Shown here one piece after another: positions 9,754 to 19,199 of a DNA stretch of 64,000 nt; the first letter of the stretch is position 1, and every line of letters starts with the position of its first letter. Made by a program: the position numbers and the translations under genes. Below the pieces are notes generated by a model. It was not told the origin of the DNA. It saw nothing but the letters and a program-made list of their open reading frames with translations, and made no database searches. Source of the stretch: an uncultured delta proteobacterium (lineage in GTDB: Bacteria > Desulfobacterota > RBG-13-43-22); NCBI GenBank assembly GCA_963802945.1, contig CAWDKY010000030.1, positions 64,001-128,000 on the forward strand. Reading direction: 5' to 3'.

Positions 9754-11751
9754 TCATACTATGCGTGCGATCTGGAATACGAGTATCGCCATTGAGAAAG
9801 AAAGTAGGAGTTGATAAGCTATCGTGATGATTGGCCATCGCCATGTCTTGGTTTCATGTCGGATTGCCGCTACTGTGGCAATGCAAGGAATAAAAAGAAC
9901 CTGGACTACCAAAAAAGCTAATGCAGAGGCGGGTGTAAGCACAGTTCTTAACTGCTGTGCCAATCCAGTTCCTTGTCCACTGAGGAGTGTCCCTAGAGTA
10001 GCTATTGTGTTTTCCTTGGCTATAAAACTCGATAAGAGAGCTACCATCATTTGCCAGTTCAACCCCATCAGGCGTCCCACAGGCTCTATTAGCTTTCCAA
10101 TTTGAGATAGGATACTGGTATTGATATCTCCATGGGGAACAACCGATAATATCCAGACAATTATTGAAACAGCCAAGATTATTGTCCCGGCGCGTTTGAT
10201 AAACGCCATCGTATTTTGCCATGTCACCAATCCTATGATTCGCGGATTGGGCAAATGGTACAACGGCAACTCCATTAGCAACGCGCTGTCTTCACCACCA
10301 ACGACAAATCGGTTCATAATGAGCCCTGTGATGATGAGCATAATCAGGCTAAATATCACTAGCCCTATTGATACAAATATTGCCTGATGACCAAAGAAGG
10401 CGGCTGCAATCAGAGTAACGACTGCCATCCTGGCTGTGCAGGGAAGCAGTGGAACGAGAATAATTGTCAGAAGGCGAGACCTCGGCGAATCTATAATGCG
10501 TGTTCCCAGGATCGCTGGGACATTACAACCAAATCCTAAAGCCATCGGTAAGACTGATTTGCCATGAAGACCGAGCAGGTGCATGAATCTATCGGTTACA
10601 AAGGCAGCTCGTGCCATGTAGCCTACATCCTCCATAAATGCCCATGCTGCGAAAAATAGCATCAGTATGGGGATGAAAGTCATAACAGTGCCCACACCAC
10701 TCAATATACCGTTCGCTAATAGACTTCTAACCCAGGTTGGAATACTAAGGAGGGTCGTATTCACAAACTCGCGGCCACTCTCTATCAAATGTACCTCAAG
10801 GAAATTCTGTATTGGAATGCCGATGCTGTAAACAAACCCAAATATGAGACCCAATACCATCAAGAGAATGAATAAACCCGTTATCGGGTGAGTTGCGGCA
10901 CGATCAATTTTTTCTGTCAAGGAAACCCTGCCCAGCGGAGGTCTTTCCTGTGTCACGGTCATCATTTTCCCCACCCACTCAAAGCGAAGAGTGGCAATGG
11001 TCACGGCAGCAGATTCGTTCTCTCTAAGATAAGAAACGAGTGAAGACGATTGCCCTGGTGGTAAACGTCCCATAATCAGTTTGTTAATCTGTGTGTCGCC
11101 TTCGAGCAGCTTCATCGCTGTCCAGTGTTTCGGATAAGGTGCGGTAAGTGAGTCATCCAGTAGCTGCTCTACGTGATCTATCACTTTCTTTATGTCGCTG
11201 CCGTACTCAATATGTTTCATTTCACGTGAGCCCGGGAGTTGGCTATACTCTTGTTCGATGGTAGCTAACAGTTCATCGAGTCCCTGGTTCTTCCTTGCGG
11301 TAATCGGAATTACAGGTATGTTTAATCCTTCTGCCAGCGCTTTGGCGTCAATCTTCATACCCTGTTGTTGGGCAACGTCCATCATATTAAGGGCAATGAT
11401 CAGGCGTGGTGACAACTCAATAAGTTCGGCGACAAGATACAAATTCCGCTCCAAACTGGCGGCATTGAGTATAGCAACCACAACATCCGGTTTTTCCTTT
11501 ACCAGATAGTCCCTGGCAATTTGCTCTTCAGCGGAGTTAGCCGTTAAACTATATGTGCCTGGCAAATCAACAATATTCATTGTCAAATTGCCGCGGCGCA
11601 GCACGCCAGTTTTTTGCTCAACTGTTTTCCCCGGCCAGTTACCAACATGCTGTGAAAGTCCGGTCAACAGATTGAATACTGTGCTTTTACCTGTGTTGGG
11701 GGCTCCAGCGAGAGCCACCACAATTCTCTTTTCATTTATTTTTTCTATCAT
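9754..11751 (-). CDS. feoB: Ferrous iron transporter FeoB
   Basis: GAPNTGKS, GNWPGKTVE, DLPGTYSL, NMMD, EDVGYMARAA, GFGCNVPA, MELPLY. Confidence 0.95.
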   Translation of the reverse strand: MIEKINEKRIVVALAGAPNTGKSTVFNLLTGLSQHVGNWPGKTVEQKTGVLRRGNLTMNIVDLPGTYSLTANSAEEQIARDYLVKEKPDVVVAILNAASLERNLYLVAELIELSPRLIIALNMMDVAQQQGMKIDAKALAEGLNIPVIPITARKNQGLDELLATIEQEYSQLPGSREMKHIEYGSDIKKVIDHVEQLLDDSLTAPYPKHWTAMKLLEGDTQINKLIMGRLPPGQSSSLVSYLRENESAAVTIATLRFEWVGKMMTVTQERPPLGRVSLTEKIDRAATHPITGLFILLMVLGLIFGFVYSIGIPIQNFLEVHLIESGREFVNTTLLSIPTWVRSLLANGILSGVGTVMTFIPILMLFFAAWAFMEDVGYMARAAFVTDRFMHLLGLHGKSVLPMALGFGCNVPAILGTRIIDSPRSRLLTIILVPLLPCTARMAVVTLIAAAFFGHQAIFVSIGLVIFSLIMLIITGLIMNRFVVGGEDSALLMELPLYHLPNPRIIGLVTWQNTMAFIKRAGTIILAVSIIVWILSVVPHGDINTSILSQIGKLIEPVGRLMGLNWQMMVALLSSFIAKENTIATLGTLLSGQGTGLAQQLRTVLTPASALAFLVVQVLFIPCIATVAAIRHETKTWRWPIITIAYQLLLSFSMAILVFQIARIV

Positions 11752-12659
11752 GCTTTTTCGTTCCGGGTAACAGTAATGTGCTCAGCCAGATCTCGCCCCA
11801 AAGCTATTTCCGTATCATGCACCTTGACCAAAACCGGACCACTATTGAAGTTCTCTAGCATCTTAACCACACTGCCGGGCGTAAAACCCAGAGAAAGACA
11901 GCGCCCCAGCAGACTACGTTCACCCGTATATTCTTTTAAGATTCCCGAATGTCCGGGAATAAGTTTGCTTAGAGGTGTTTCCTCTTTAACGGCCTCTGTT
12001 CGACGGATGGTGACTGGTTTTGCCTGAAGAACTGCGGCCAGCTTCGCGCTTAGTCGGATTCTTTTCTTGCCAGCTTCCAATTCAAGTGAACCATCTTCAT
12101 TCTTCTTTAATATTGTTACCACAACTTGTGGCTTTAACCCTTTTTTTTCTACATCCCTGAGTAATACGGAATCACCCTCGTCAATGGCAAGAATATTCAC
12201 CCGTTGAAGTGCCTGGAAACTTGTAAGAGGTAAGGCTTTTTCCTCCTTAACGTTGCCTTTTTTATCAGGAATAGAGTGCCCATGAGGACAGGTATCGGTG
12301 TCGCCTAGAATGACGGCTAATCTTTCTTCAACTTCTGGAACATCGACGTGTTCCAACTTACAGGCTGCCTCATGTACCTTATCCCATTTCATGCCAAGGA
12401 CATCTGTTAGAAATCTCTCCCACAACCGATGCCGGCGTATTACTCCAAGCGCTTTCTCCACGCCAAGATCGGTTAGCGTAGCGCCTTTACTTGATTGATA
12501 GTCAATCAATCCTTTGCTTTCAAGATTTTTCAGCATATCCGAAACTGCAGGTTGGGATACTCCCAAATCTCTGGCCAAAAAAGAGGTAGAGGCCGGCTCT
12601 CCCTTGCTTTGCTCCTTGTATATAGCCTCCAGATATTCTTCGGTTCTTTCACTATCCAT
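11748..12659 (-). CDS. DtxR/MntR-family metalloregulator with two C-terminal FeoA (SH3-like) domains
   Basis: EEYLEAIY, HTH, RRHRLWERFL, HEAACKLEH, CPHGHSIP; last domain SLGFTPGSVV..GPVLVKV..IALG is FeoA; ATG 12659 follows GGAGG. Confidence 0.88.
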   Translation of the reverse strand: MDSERTEEYLEAIYKEQSKGEPASTSFLARDLGVSQPAVSDMLKNLESKGLIDYQSSKGATLTDLGVEKALGVIRRHRLWERFLTDVLGMKWDKVHEAACKLEHVDVPEVEERLAVILGDTDTCPHGHSIPDKKGNVKEEKALPLTSFQALQRVNILAIDEGDSVLLRDVEKKGLKPQVVVTILKKNEDGSLELEAGKKRIRLSAKLAAVLQAKPVTIRRTEAVKEETPLSKLIPGHSGILKEYTGERSLLGRCLSLGFTPGSVVKMLENFNSGPVLVKVHDTEIALGRDLAEHITVTRNEKA

Positions 12660-12670
12660 TGAAGCCTCCA

Positions 12671-12692
12671 ATAATTAAGTTGGCTTAATTAT
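12671..12692. promoter_or_regulatory. Probable DtxR-family operator
   Basis: Perfect 9-4-9 palindrome ATAATTAAG-TTGG-CTTAATTAT between the minus-strand TTGCTT..GATAAT promoter and the RBS. Confidence 0.7.
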
Positions 12693-13239
12693 CGCATAGT
12701 TGTTATTTTTAAGCAAGAAGTATTTTTAATCACCTTTCAATGTTTTTCTCAAAAGTGCTGGGCAACACATTGAATATCGCTAACTTATGGACTAGAATTT
12801 AAGGTATGAGTGAGGCAAGCCACAAAGTTGACTATGGGAACTGGGTATCTGGGTATCAAAGAAGCTCTTTTATGTTTCCGCCTTATTGGCGATCATATTC
12901 TTAGGTTTATCTTTTTGTCGTTGTTATTCTTAGTCGGTACATTCCTCTTTTTAATACCCACAGCCTATTTTATCTATGATTATTTCCAGTTCTCACCCAG
13001 AGGTGACAATCTCCAGGACAATATAAGGGATTTGGCATTTAATCGGCTGGGTTGGCAAGGAAAGAAAAATACAGGGTCAAGGTAAAAGCAAGGCATTAGG
13101 TTTGGGTGGGGGCATCTGCTAGATCAAATCGCAGTCGGTACAGGTTATTTCATTCGCGGAAAATCTGACGAAAAAGGACTTGACACAGACACACCGGAGG
13201 TTGTATTAAGAAAATGCTGCTATAGAGGAAACGCAGAAA

Positions 13240-13396
13240 CACTAAGAAGGTGCTCGTAGCACTGTGTAGCTTTTTTAACTTGAACCTATTGTTTTTTGGG
13301 GTTCAAGGGTCCCGTTTTTCTGTTTTATAAAGTCAATGAGGCCATGAAGGCCCTCAAGCCGCATGAATGCGGAGTGGGCGTTCGTGGTTTTTTTTT
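13240..13396 (+). promoter_or_regulatory. Structured leader/attenuator A (ANGAA hairpins plus intrinsic terminator)
   Basis: CACT-AAGAA-GGTG (13240-52), GGCC-ATGAA-GGCC (13340-52), terminator GCCATGAA..TTCGTGGT plus T-run; TTGACA at 13180 upstream. Confidence 0.7.
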
Positions 13397-13505
13397 GCGC
13401 AAAGCCGTACCGAAACTACCCGCCCCTTCTGTTTTAATTTATTACGAAAGTCGCAAAATCAAATTTCATATCTTACTTCATTAATTTCAATAGGAAGGAG
13501 ATTAT

Positions 13506-15656
13506 ATGGTGAAGATTGCCCTCTTAATTTGCGCCTGGGTCATTCTGACGTTCTTCTCTGTTTGCGTGTGGGCGGCGGACACGGACAGCAGTGCGCCACC
13601 AGCGGAAATATCCTCACCTGCTACAGGTGAGATTCCAAAGGGCGCTGTTCAATCGTTAGTGTTGCCCGAGATAGTAGTTGAGGGGCGAAGCGACAACATG
13701 CTCGGCATCAGTGATACTTCTACTCAGGGCACGATTGGCGCCCAACAACTGGAAGAGCGGCCCATCTCCCGTCCCGGAGAAGTGCTCGAGACCATGCCCG
13801 GAGTCATCGTCACTCAGCATAGCGGCGACGGAAAGGCTAACCAGTATTTTCTCCGCGGCTTCAATCTCGACCACGGCACGGACCTGGCCAGCTTTTTCAA
13901 CGGCATTCCGATCAACTTGCCTTCGAACGCTCATGGCGAGGGCTACACGGACCTCAATTTTCTCATTCCCGAACTGATCAAGAAGATAGACTACGGAAAA
14001 GGGCCAAACTTCGCCAACGTGGGGGACTTCGGCTCTGCCGGCTGGGAAAATATTCAAACCTTTCAGACCCTTCCTGCCGGCCTGGCAAAGATTGAATGGG
14101 GCAGTTGGAATTATGAGCGCGGCCTGTTGGCCGATTCGACCAAGGTCGGCCAGGGCAATCTCCTCGGCGCCCTTGAATGGATGCACACCGACGGACCTTG
14201 GGACGTGCCTGAGAATTATGTGAAATTAAATGGAATAGTAACCTACAGCCAGGGGGACACAAGTCAGGGCTTCAGCGCAACGCTAATGGGCTATCACGGC
14301 ACATGGAATGCGACCAACCAAATCCCGGAGCGAGCGGTCGCCGAGGGGCTCATCGATCGTTTCGGAAACCTGAACCCGACTGATGGAGGTCTAACTGACC
14401 GCTACACCCTGTCAGCCGAATATCATCAAGCCGACGATCACTCGGCTACCAAGATCCTGGGATATGTGTATTACTATAACATGGGGCTCTGGAATGACTT
14501 CACCTTCTTCCTGGATGATCCCGTCCATGGGGACCAGTTTGAGCAAAAGGATACACGATGGGTGCAGGGAGTGAGAGCAAGCCGGACATGGTTCGGCAAC
14601 TGGTGCGGCCTGACAATGCAAAACACTATCGGATTCGACATTCGAAACGACGTGATTCACGACAGCCTGTTGCACACCGAGAACCGGATAGTGCTGTCCA
14701 CAACTCGTGCGGATGATATCGTGGAAACGGACCTGGCCCCCTACTTTGAGAACAAGATTAATTGGCTGCCATGGTTTCGCACCGTTGCGGGCTTTCGCCT
14801 AGATTTCATTAATTTCAACAACAAGAACCTTTTCACCTATTATACCAATGGCCCCAACCCCGCTGACAGCGGAAACCAGTTCGCCTACACTCCCGAACCT
14901 AAGCTGTCTTTGATCTTCGGCCCATGGGCCAAGACGGAGTTCTACCTGAACGGTGCCATGGGCTTCCACACCGACGACGCGCGGGGTATAAATACTACTC
15001 AAGATCCGACCACCGGCGCGCCGGTGCAAAGGGCCTTACCGATAGCGCAAACGTTGGGTGCAGAGGTTGGCGTGCGCACTCTGGCTATCCCAAACCTCCA
15101 AAGCACATTGACGCTCTGGGTGCTGAGGCTGCAATCCGAACTAATCTTTGACGGGGATACAGGTACGACCGAAGCCAGTCCTTACCCCGATCTTCGCAAA
15201 GGGGTGGAATGGGCAAACTACTACACCCCGACCAAATGGCTGACGATCGACGCCGATTTTGCCGACTCCTCAGCGCATTACTTAGGCAATCCGGTGGGGG
15301 GCGATTATGTCCCCGAAGCGGCCAGCCTAATTATTTCCTCCGCCATCACGGTGCATGACCTAAAAGGCTGGACTGCCAGCCTGCGGTGGCGATATTTTGG
15401 ACCTCGCGCCTTGACCCAGGACAATAGCGAACGCTCCCCCAGCACCAGCCTGCTATATTTCCACCTTGGCTACAAAATCAACAAAAACTGGTTGATTGAG
15501 GGAGATATCTTCAATCTCCTCGATGCGAAAGCCGACGATATAACCTACTATTACACCTCCCGGCTGCCAGGAGAGCCGGCTGCTGGTGTAAATGACTTCA
15601 TGTTCCACGCGGCCGAGCCGCGCACCTTCCGCGTTGCACTGACGTACCATTTTTAG
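13506..15656 (+). CDS. TonB-dependent receptor (probably Ni/Co-type family)
   Basis: Signal peptide, TonB box LPEIVVEG, plug motif GKANQYFLRGFNLDHGTD, C-terminal YHF; substrate inferred. Confidence 0.88.
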   Translation: MVKIALLICAWVILTFFSVCVWAADTDSSAPPAEISSPATGEIPKGAVQSLVLPEIVVEGRSDNMLGISDTSTQGTIGAQQLEERPISRPGEVLETMPGVIVTQHSGDGKANQYFLRGFNLDHGTDLASFFNGIPINLPSNAHGEGYTDLNFLIPELIKKIDYGKGPNFANVGDFGSAGWENIQTFQTLPAGLAKIEWGSWNYERGLLADSTKVGQGNLLGALEWMHTDGPWDVPENYVKLNGIVTYSQGDTSQGFSATLMGYHGTWNATNQIPERAVAEGLIDRFGNLNPTDGGLTDRYTLSAEYHQADDHSATKILGYVYYYNMGLWNDFTFFLDDPVHGDQFEQKDTRWVQGVRASRTWFGNWCGLTMQNTIGFDIRNDVIHDSLLHTENRIVLSTTRADDIVETDLAPYFENKINWLPWFRTVAGFRLDFINFNNKNLFTYYTNGPNPADSGNQFAYTPEPKLSLIFGPWAKTEFYLNGAMGFHTDDARGINTTQDPTTGAPVQRALPIAQTLGAEVGVRTLAIPNLQSTLTLWVLRLQSELIFDGDTGTTEASPYPDLRKGVEWANYYTPTKWLTIDADFADSSAHYLGNPVGGDYVPEAASLIISSAITVHDLKGWTASLRWRYFGPRALTQDNSERSPSTSLLYFHLGYKINKNWLIEGDIFNLLDAKADDITYYYTSRLPGEPAAGVNDFMFHAAEPRTFRVALTYHF

Positions 15657-15746
15657 TAACTTTAGGCATGATGGAACGGTATCCTTTCCCGTCCACTCTT
15701 AGTCAGTGGTATGCTGATGAAGCTTTAATAAGAATTTGGTAAGGGA

Positions 15747-16493
15747 CTATGACTCCAAGCGATAAATGATGGGAATAACCAGCCGAGCCTCACCAGGCGG
15801 CTTTGGGAAGGGGGCGGTGTCCTTAACGGTCTCTATGGCACTCTTATCCAGTATGGTAAAACCTGAACTTTGAATGATCTTGAATTCTCTGACGGATCCG
15901 TCTGCCGTAATGATAAAGGAAAGAAGGACTTTCCCTTGCCAGCCCATGCGCCGTGCCATGTCAGGGTAGTTGATGTTCCTGAGAATTTTATCTCGAATAT
16001 AGGCAAAGTGACTTTTTAAATATTTTGCCTTAGCCGATTCGTTCCCACCATCCGAATTTCCCAGGCCTGAGCCTGTTCCCGACCCCTCTTTTGACCCTCC
16101 GGGGGTTCCAGGGGATCCCTCTTTGATAGACTTTGAACCGGTCACCATTCCAAGGCCAAGAGAACTGCCTCCTGGGTCTTGGGCTTCCGGGAGTTTCACC
16201 ACTGCTGGAATTTCCGGGGAGGGTGATAGATTGGGCCTTTCTTCCGGCAATCTGGGAGGTTCTTTTTCCTTTAAGGCCTGACGGGCCTTGGGCTTAATCG
16301 GTTTTGTTTTTATAGCAGGCGTTGGAGCCTGCGGTTCGACCTTTTTGGCATGGAATTCCGGTTTACGCAAATTGAAATCCAATACCGTCAACTTTTTAGA
16401 TTGACCGATGAAGATGCTTAGAATGATGACAACGACAAGAATCAGGCTGTGAAGCAGAAAGGATATTTGGAAGGCCCTGGTCTGGTAATTCAC
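15747..16493 (-). CDS. tonB: Energy transducer TonB
   Basis: N-terminal TM with SFLLH, Pro/Lys-rich linker, YPDMARRMGWQGKV..SSGFTILDKSA. Confidence 0.92.
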   Translation of the reverse strand: MNYQTRAFQISFLLHSLILVVVIILSIFIGQSKKLTVLDFNLRKPEFHAKKVEPQAPTPAIKTKPIKPKARQALKEKEPPRLPEERPNLSPSPEIPAVVKLPEAQDPGGSSLGLGMVTGSKSIKEGSPGTPGGSKEGSGTGSGLGNSDGGNESAKAKYLKSHFAYIRDKILRNINYPDMARRMGWQGKVLLSFIITADGSVREFKIIQSSGFTILDKSAIETVKDTAPFPKPPGEARLVIPIIYRLES

Positions 16494-16870
16494 GGTCCTT
16501 CCTCGGTCTGGAGACTGATGCGGGAAAAATCCAAGCCCTTGAGGACATCCAGGACACTGACGAAGTTCTGCAGGATGATGCTGCGGTCGGCCCTAATCAA
16601 AACAGGGACTTTCTTGTTCAGGGAACTCAGGTCGGTTTTCAACTCTTCCAAAGATACGGGTTTGGAATTCAAATAGATCTTTCCGGCCCGGTCGATTTCA
16701 ATGGTCTGGGTTTTCAGGATTTCCCCTGCGCTTCGATGGGCTTTGGGCAGATCCATGGGAATCATACCGCTGGCGATAAAGGAAGAGGTGGTGAGCACAA
16801 TGGTCAGGAGGACCAGCATGACATCCACTAGGGGAATGACATTGATATAATCAAACTCCTTTTCTTCCAC
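16490..16870 (-). CDS. exbD: Biopolymer transport protein ExbD
   Basis: INVIPLVDVMLVLL, VLIRAD. Confidence 0.93.
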   Translation of the reverse strand: MEEKEFDYINVIPLVDVMLVLLTIVLTTSSFIASGMIPMDLPKAHRSAGEILKTQTIEIDRAGKIYLNSKPVSLEELKTDLSSLNKKVPVLIRADRSIILQNFVSVLDVLKGLDFSRISLQTEEGP

Positions 16871-17285
16871 GTTCGATCTCCCAGTTCATAAGCAGGACTT
16901 TAACTTTTCTAAGCAGAAAATTGTATAACGAGACGGAGGGAATGGCCACCAGAAGGCCGATGGCCGTGGCCTTCAAGGCCAGGGCCAGACCGACCATGAT
17001 CTTGCCCGTGTCCATAAAACCCTCTTGCCCGATCATATAAAAAGTCAGCATGATACCCAGGACCGTTCCCAACAGACCGATATAGGGGGCATTGCTGCCT
17101 ATGGTGGCGATGAGATGGATTTTTTTGGTGAGTTCCAACTCCAGGCTCTTTTGGTCCGGGAAGGCCTCCAGTTTTATATGTTTATAGACATGAAACCTTT
17201 CGATGGCAATCCCTACGGCCATCATACTTAAGAGGATCAAAAATCCTATGATCCCATAATCGACAACAACTTTAAGCCATTCCAT
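16851..17285 (-). CDS. exbB: Short-type ExbB
   Basis: ATIGSNAPYIGLLGTVLGIM, ALKATAIGLLVAIP. Confidence 0.93.
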   Translation of the reverse strand: MEWLKVVVDYGIIGFLILLSMMAVGIAIERFHVYKHIKLEAFPDQKSLELELTKKIHLIATIGSNAPYIGLLGTVLGIMLTFYMIGQEGFMDTGKIMVGLALALKATAIGLLVAIPSVSLYNFLLRKVKVLLMNWEIERGRKGV

Positions 17286-17379
17286 TTTTTCTCCTACTCG
17301 ATTTCAGCAAGACTCTGAGACCGAAAATGGCCAGAGTGAAGCTTATTCTACGGAAGTCTTTGTATATTTGGCCAACGAT

Positions 17380-18141
17380 TTACCTTTCTATTGAGAGCGG
17401 TACAATAAGAAGAACACCATTGATCTCGGTTACCATCACCTCCATGTTAAAGGCCTGTTTGATGATCTCGGGGGTGATCACCGATCGGTCACCGTGAGCG
17501 TAAACTCGTCCTTCTTTGAGGATGAAAAAACCATCGGAAAACCTCAGGGCCGTATTCAAATCGTGCATTACAGAAATGGTGATGAGACCGAGTCTCTTAG
17601 TAATGTCCTTTAGGAGATTCATGATTTCAAACTGATTTTTCATGTCGAGATGGTTGATGGGCTCATCCAGAAGCAAAACCTTCGGTTCTTGGGCGAGAGC
17701 CCTGGCAATAATCACTTTCTGAAGTTCCCCGCCGCTCAGTTCTGTAGTAAATCGCATGGCGTACCCCTCAAGCCCTGTAAGTCTGAGCATATTGCGGGTT
17801 ACTTCCAAATCAAGCTCATTGATATCCCAATCAATGTGAGGTCTTCGGCCAAGAAGGACGGCATCGAAAACGGTACAATGAACGCCGTTGGACTTCTGAG
17901 GCATATAGCCCATGGTCTTGGCGATTTGTTTCCGACTCATGGCCTCAACGTTTTGTTGGTCTATAAAAATGGTCCCTCGATGGGGAACGAGGATCCTGTT
18001 CATGGTCTTAAGTAGGGTTGTTTTCCCTGAGCCGTTGACACCAAGCACCGAAACCAGGTCCCCAGCCTTAAGCTGAAAGGTAATATCTCTCAGGACTTCC
18101 CTGGAACCATAGGAAAAGGCAATGCCATCCAAGACCAGCAT
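17380..18141 (-). CDS. Metal-chelate ABC transporter ATPase (FecE/BtuD type)
   Basis: GVNGSGKT, LSGGELQK, LLLDEP, MHDLN. Confidence 0.92.
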   Translation of the reverse strand: MLVLDGIAFSYGSREVLRDITFQLKAGDLVSVLGVNGSGKTTLLKTMNRILVPHRGTIFIDQQNVEAMSRKQIAKTMGYMPQKSNGVHCTVFDAVLLGRRPHIDWDINELDLEVTRNMLRLTGLEGYAMRFTTELSGGELQKVIIARALAQEPKVLLLDEPINHLDMKNQFEIMNLLKDITKRLGLITISVMHDLNTALRFSDGFFILKEGRVYAHGDRSVITPEIIKQAFNMEVMVTEINGVLLIVPLSIER

Positions 18142-18142
18142 G

Positions 18143-19198
18143 TTAAATGGTTCTCCCTTTAATTAAAAGATAAAGAAAAATAGGAGCGCCGGCAAAAGAG
18201 GTGATGATTCCTACCGGCAGTATAATCGGCTCCATAACCGTACGGGCAATAATGTCCGAGAGCAGGAGGATGAGTCCGCCGGAGATTGCTGATAAGGGTA
18301 TTAGGAAGCGATAATCGTTGCCTACCATTCGTCTCATGAGGTGGGGGGCCATGAGGCCAATGAAACCTATGATGCCCAGGAAGGCAGTGGTCACCGAAAC
18401 CATCAGTGCGGAAAGAAGCAGGCTCATCAGACGCAGGCGTCGAACCGAGACGCCAAGCCCCTTAGCTGCATCATCTCCCCACTGAAAGGCGTTGTAGTCC
18501 CATCCCTTACGTAAGAAGATGACAAATATCGGGCATAAAATCAGGCTCATGATAAGATTCTCTCCCCAACCGGCCTTACCCAGATCGCCGAAAGTCCAGA
18601 AAATAGTGGCCGCCACCTGCATGTCTGTGGCAAAATATTGAAGGAACATGGTTCCTGCAAGGAAGAAGGCACTCAGGGCAACACCGGCCAGGATAACACC
18701 TTCACTGCTGATTTGCCTTAAGGTGGAAATTAAGAGTATCAGTCCTACGGTCAGCAGGGAACCGACAAAAGCCGCCGGCACGACAACCGATGGCAGGCTG
18801 GTGGTAACGGCCTCAATCCCTTCTGTGTGGACCTTTCCCGCCCCTAAAACGATAATGGCGAAAGCTGCACCAAAGGCCGCCCCGTGGGACACCCCGATGG
18901 TGAAAGGTTCAGCCAAAGGATTTCTGAAGACATTTTGTAAAACCACACCAGCCAGCCCCAGCCCGGCCCCGGCGATTACAGCCCCGATAATTCGGGGAAG
19001 TCTAATATTCCACAGCACATGATGATCAAGCCCATTAGCGTTCCAAGAAAACAGGGTGAAGAGAATCTCTCTCAGCGAAAGATGGATGGATCCTACTTTT
19101 AGAGAATAAAGGCCTGCTCCAAGAAGGAGCAATAGGAGGACCACCCCCGTCCAAATTTTTTTCTTTGTCAGCTCCCGGTAGCCATCTTCCGGTTGCAT
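18143..19198 (-). CDS. FecCD/BtuC-family ABC permease
   Basis: IRLPRI, FRNPLAEP, GIIGFIGLMAPH, LPVGIITS; start placed at ATG 19198. Confidence 0.92.
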   Translation of the reverse strand: MQPEDGYRELTKKKIWTGVVLLLLLLGAGLYSLKVGSIHLSLREILFTLFSWNANGLDHHVLWNIRLPRIIGAVIAGAGLGLAGVVLQNVFRNPLAEPFTIGVSHGAAFGAAFAIIVLGAGKVHTEGIEAVTTSLPSVVVPAAFVGSLLTVGLILLISTLRQISSEGVILAGVALSAFFLAGTMFLQYFATDMQVAATIFWTFGDLGKAGWGENLIMSLILCPIFVIFLRKGWDYNAFQWGDDAAKGLGVSVRRLRLMSLLLSALMVSVTTAFLGIIGFIGLMAPHLMRRMVGNDYRFLIPLSAISGGLILLLSDIIARTVMEPIILPVGIITSFAGAPIFLYLLIKGRTI

Positions 19199-19199
19199 C

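Noticed and set aside
12810-13085. 91-aa ORF between the DtxR gene and the TBDR
   Set aside because: GTG start without a clear RBS and no recognisable family; may be a remnant.
13240-13396. Leaders as canonical ANTAR targets or as cobalamin/NiCo riboswitches
   Set aside because: Loops are 5 nt (ANGAA) rather than 6-nt A1/G4; I see no B12 box or four-way-junction pattern; no ANTAR gene in the window. A formal Rfam scan is still needed.
13296-13484. 62-aa ORF over leader A as an attenuator peptide
   Set aside because: TTG start, no RBS, runs through the terminator, and has no counterpart in leader B.
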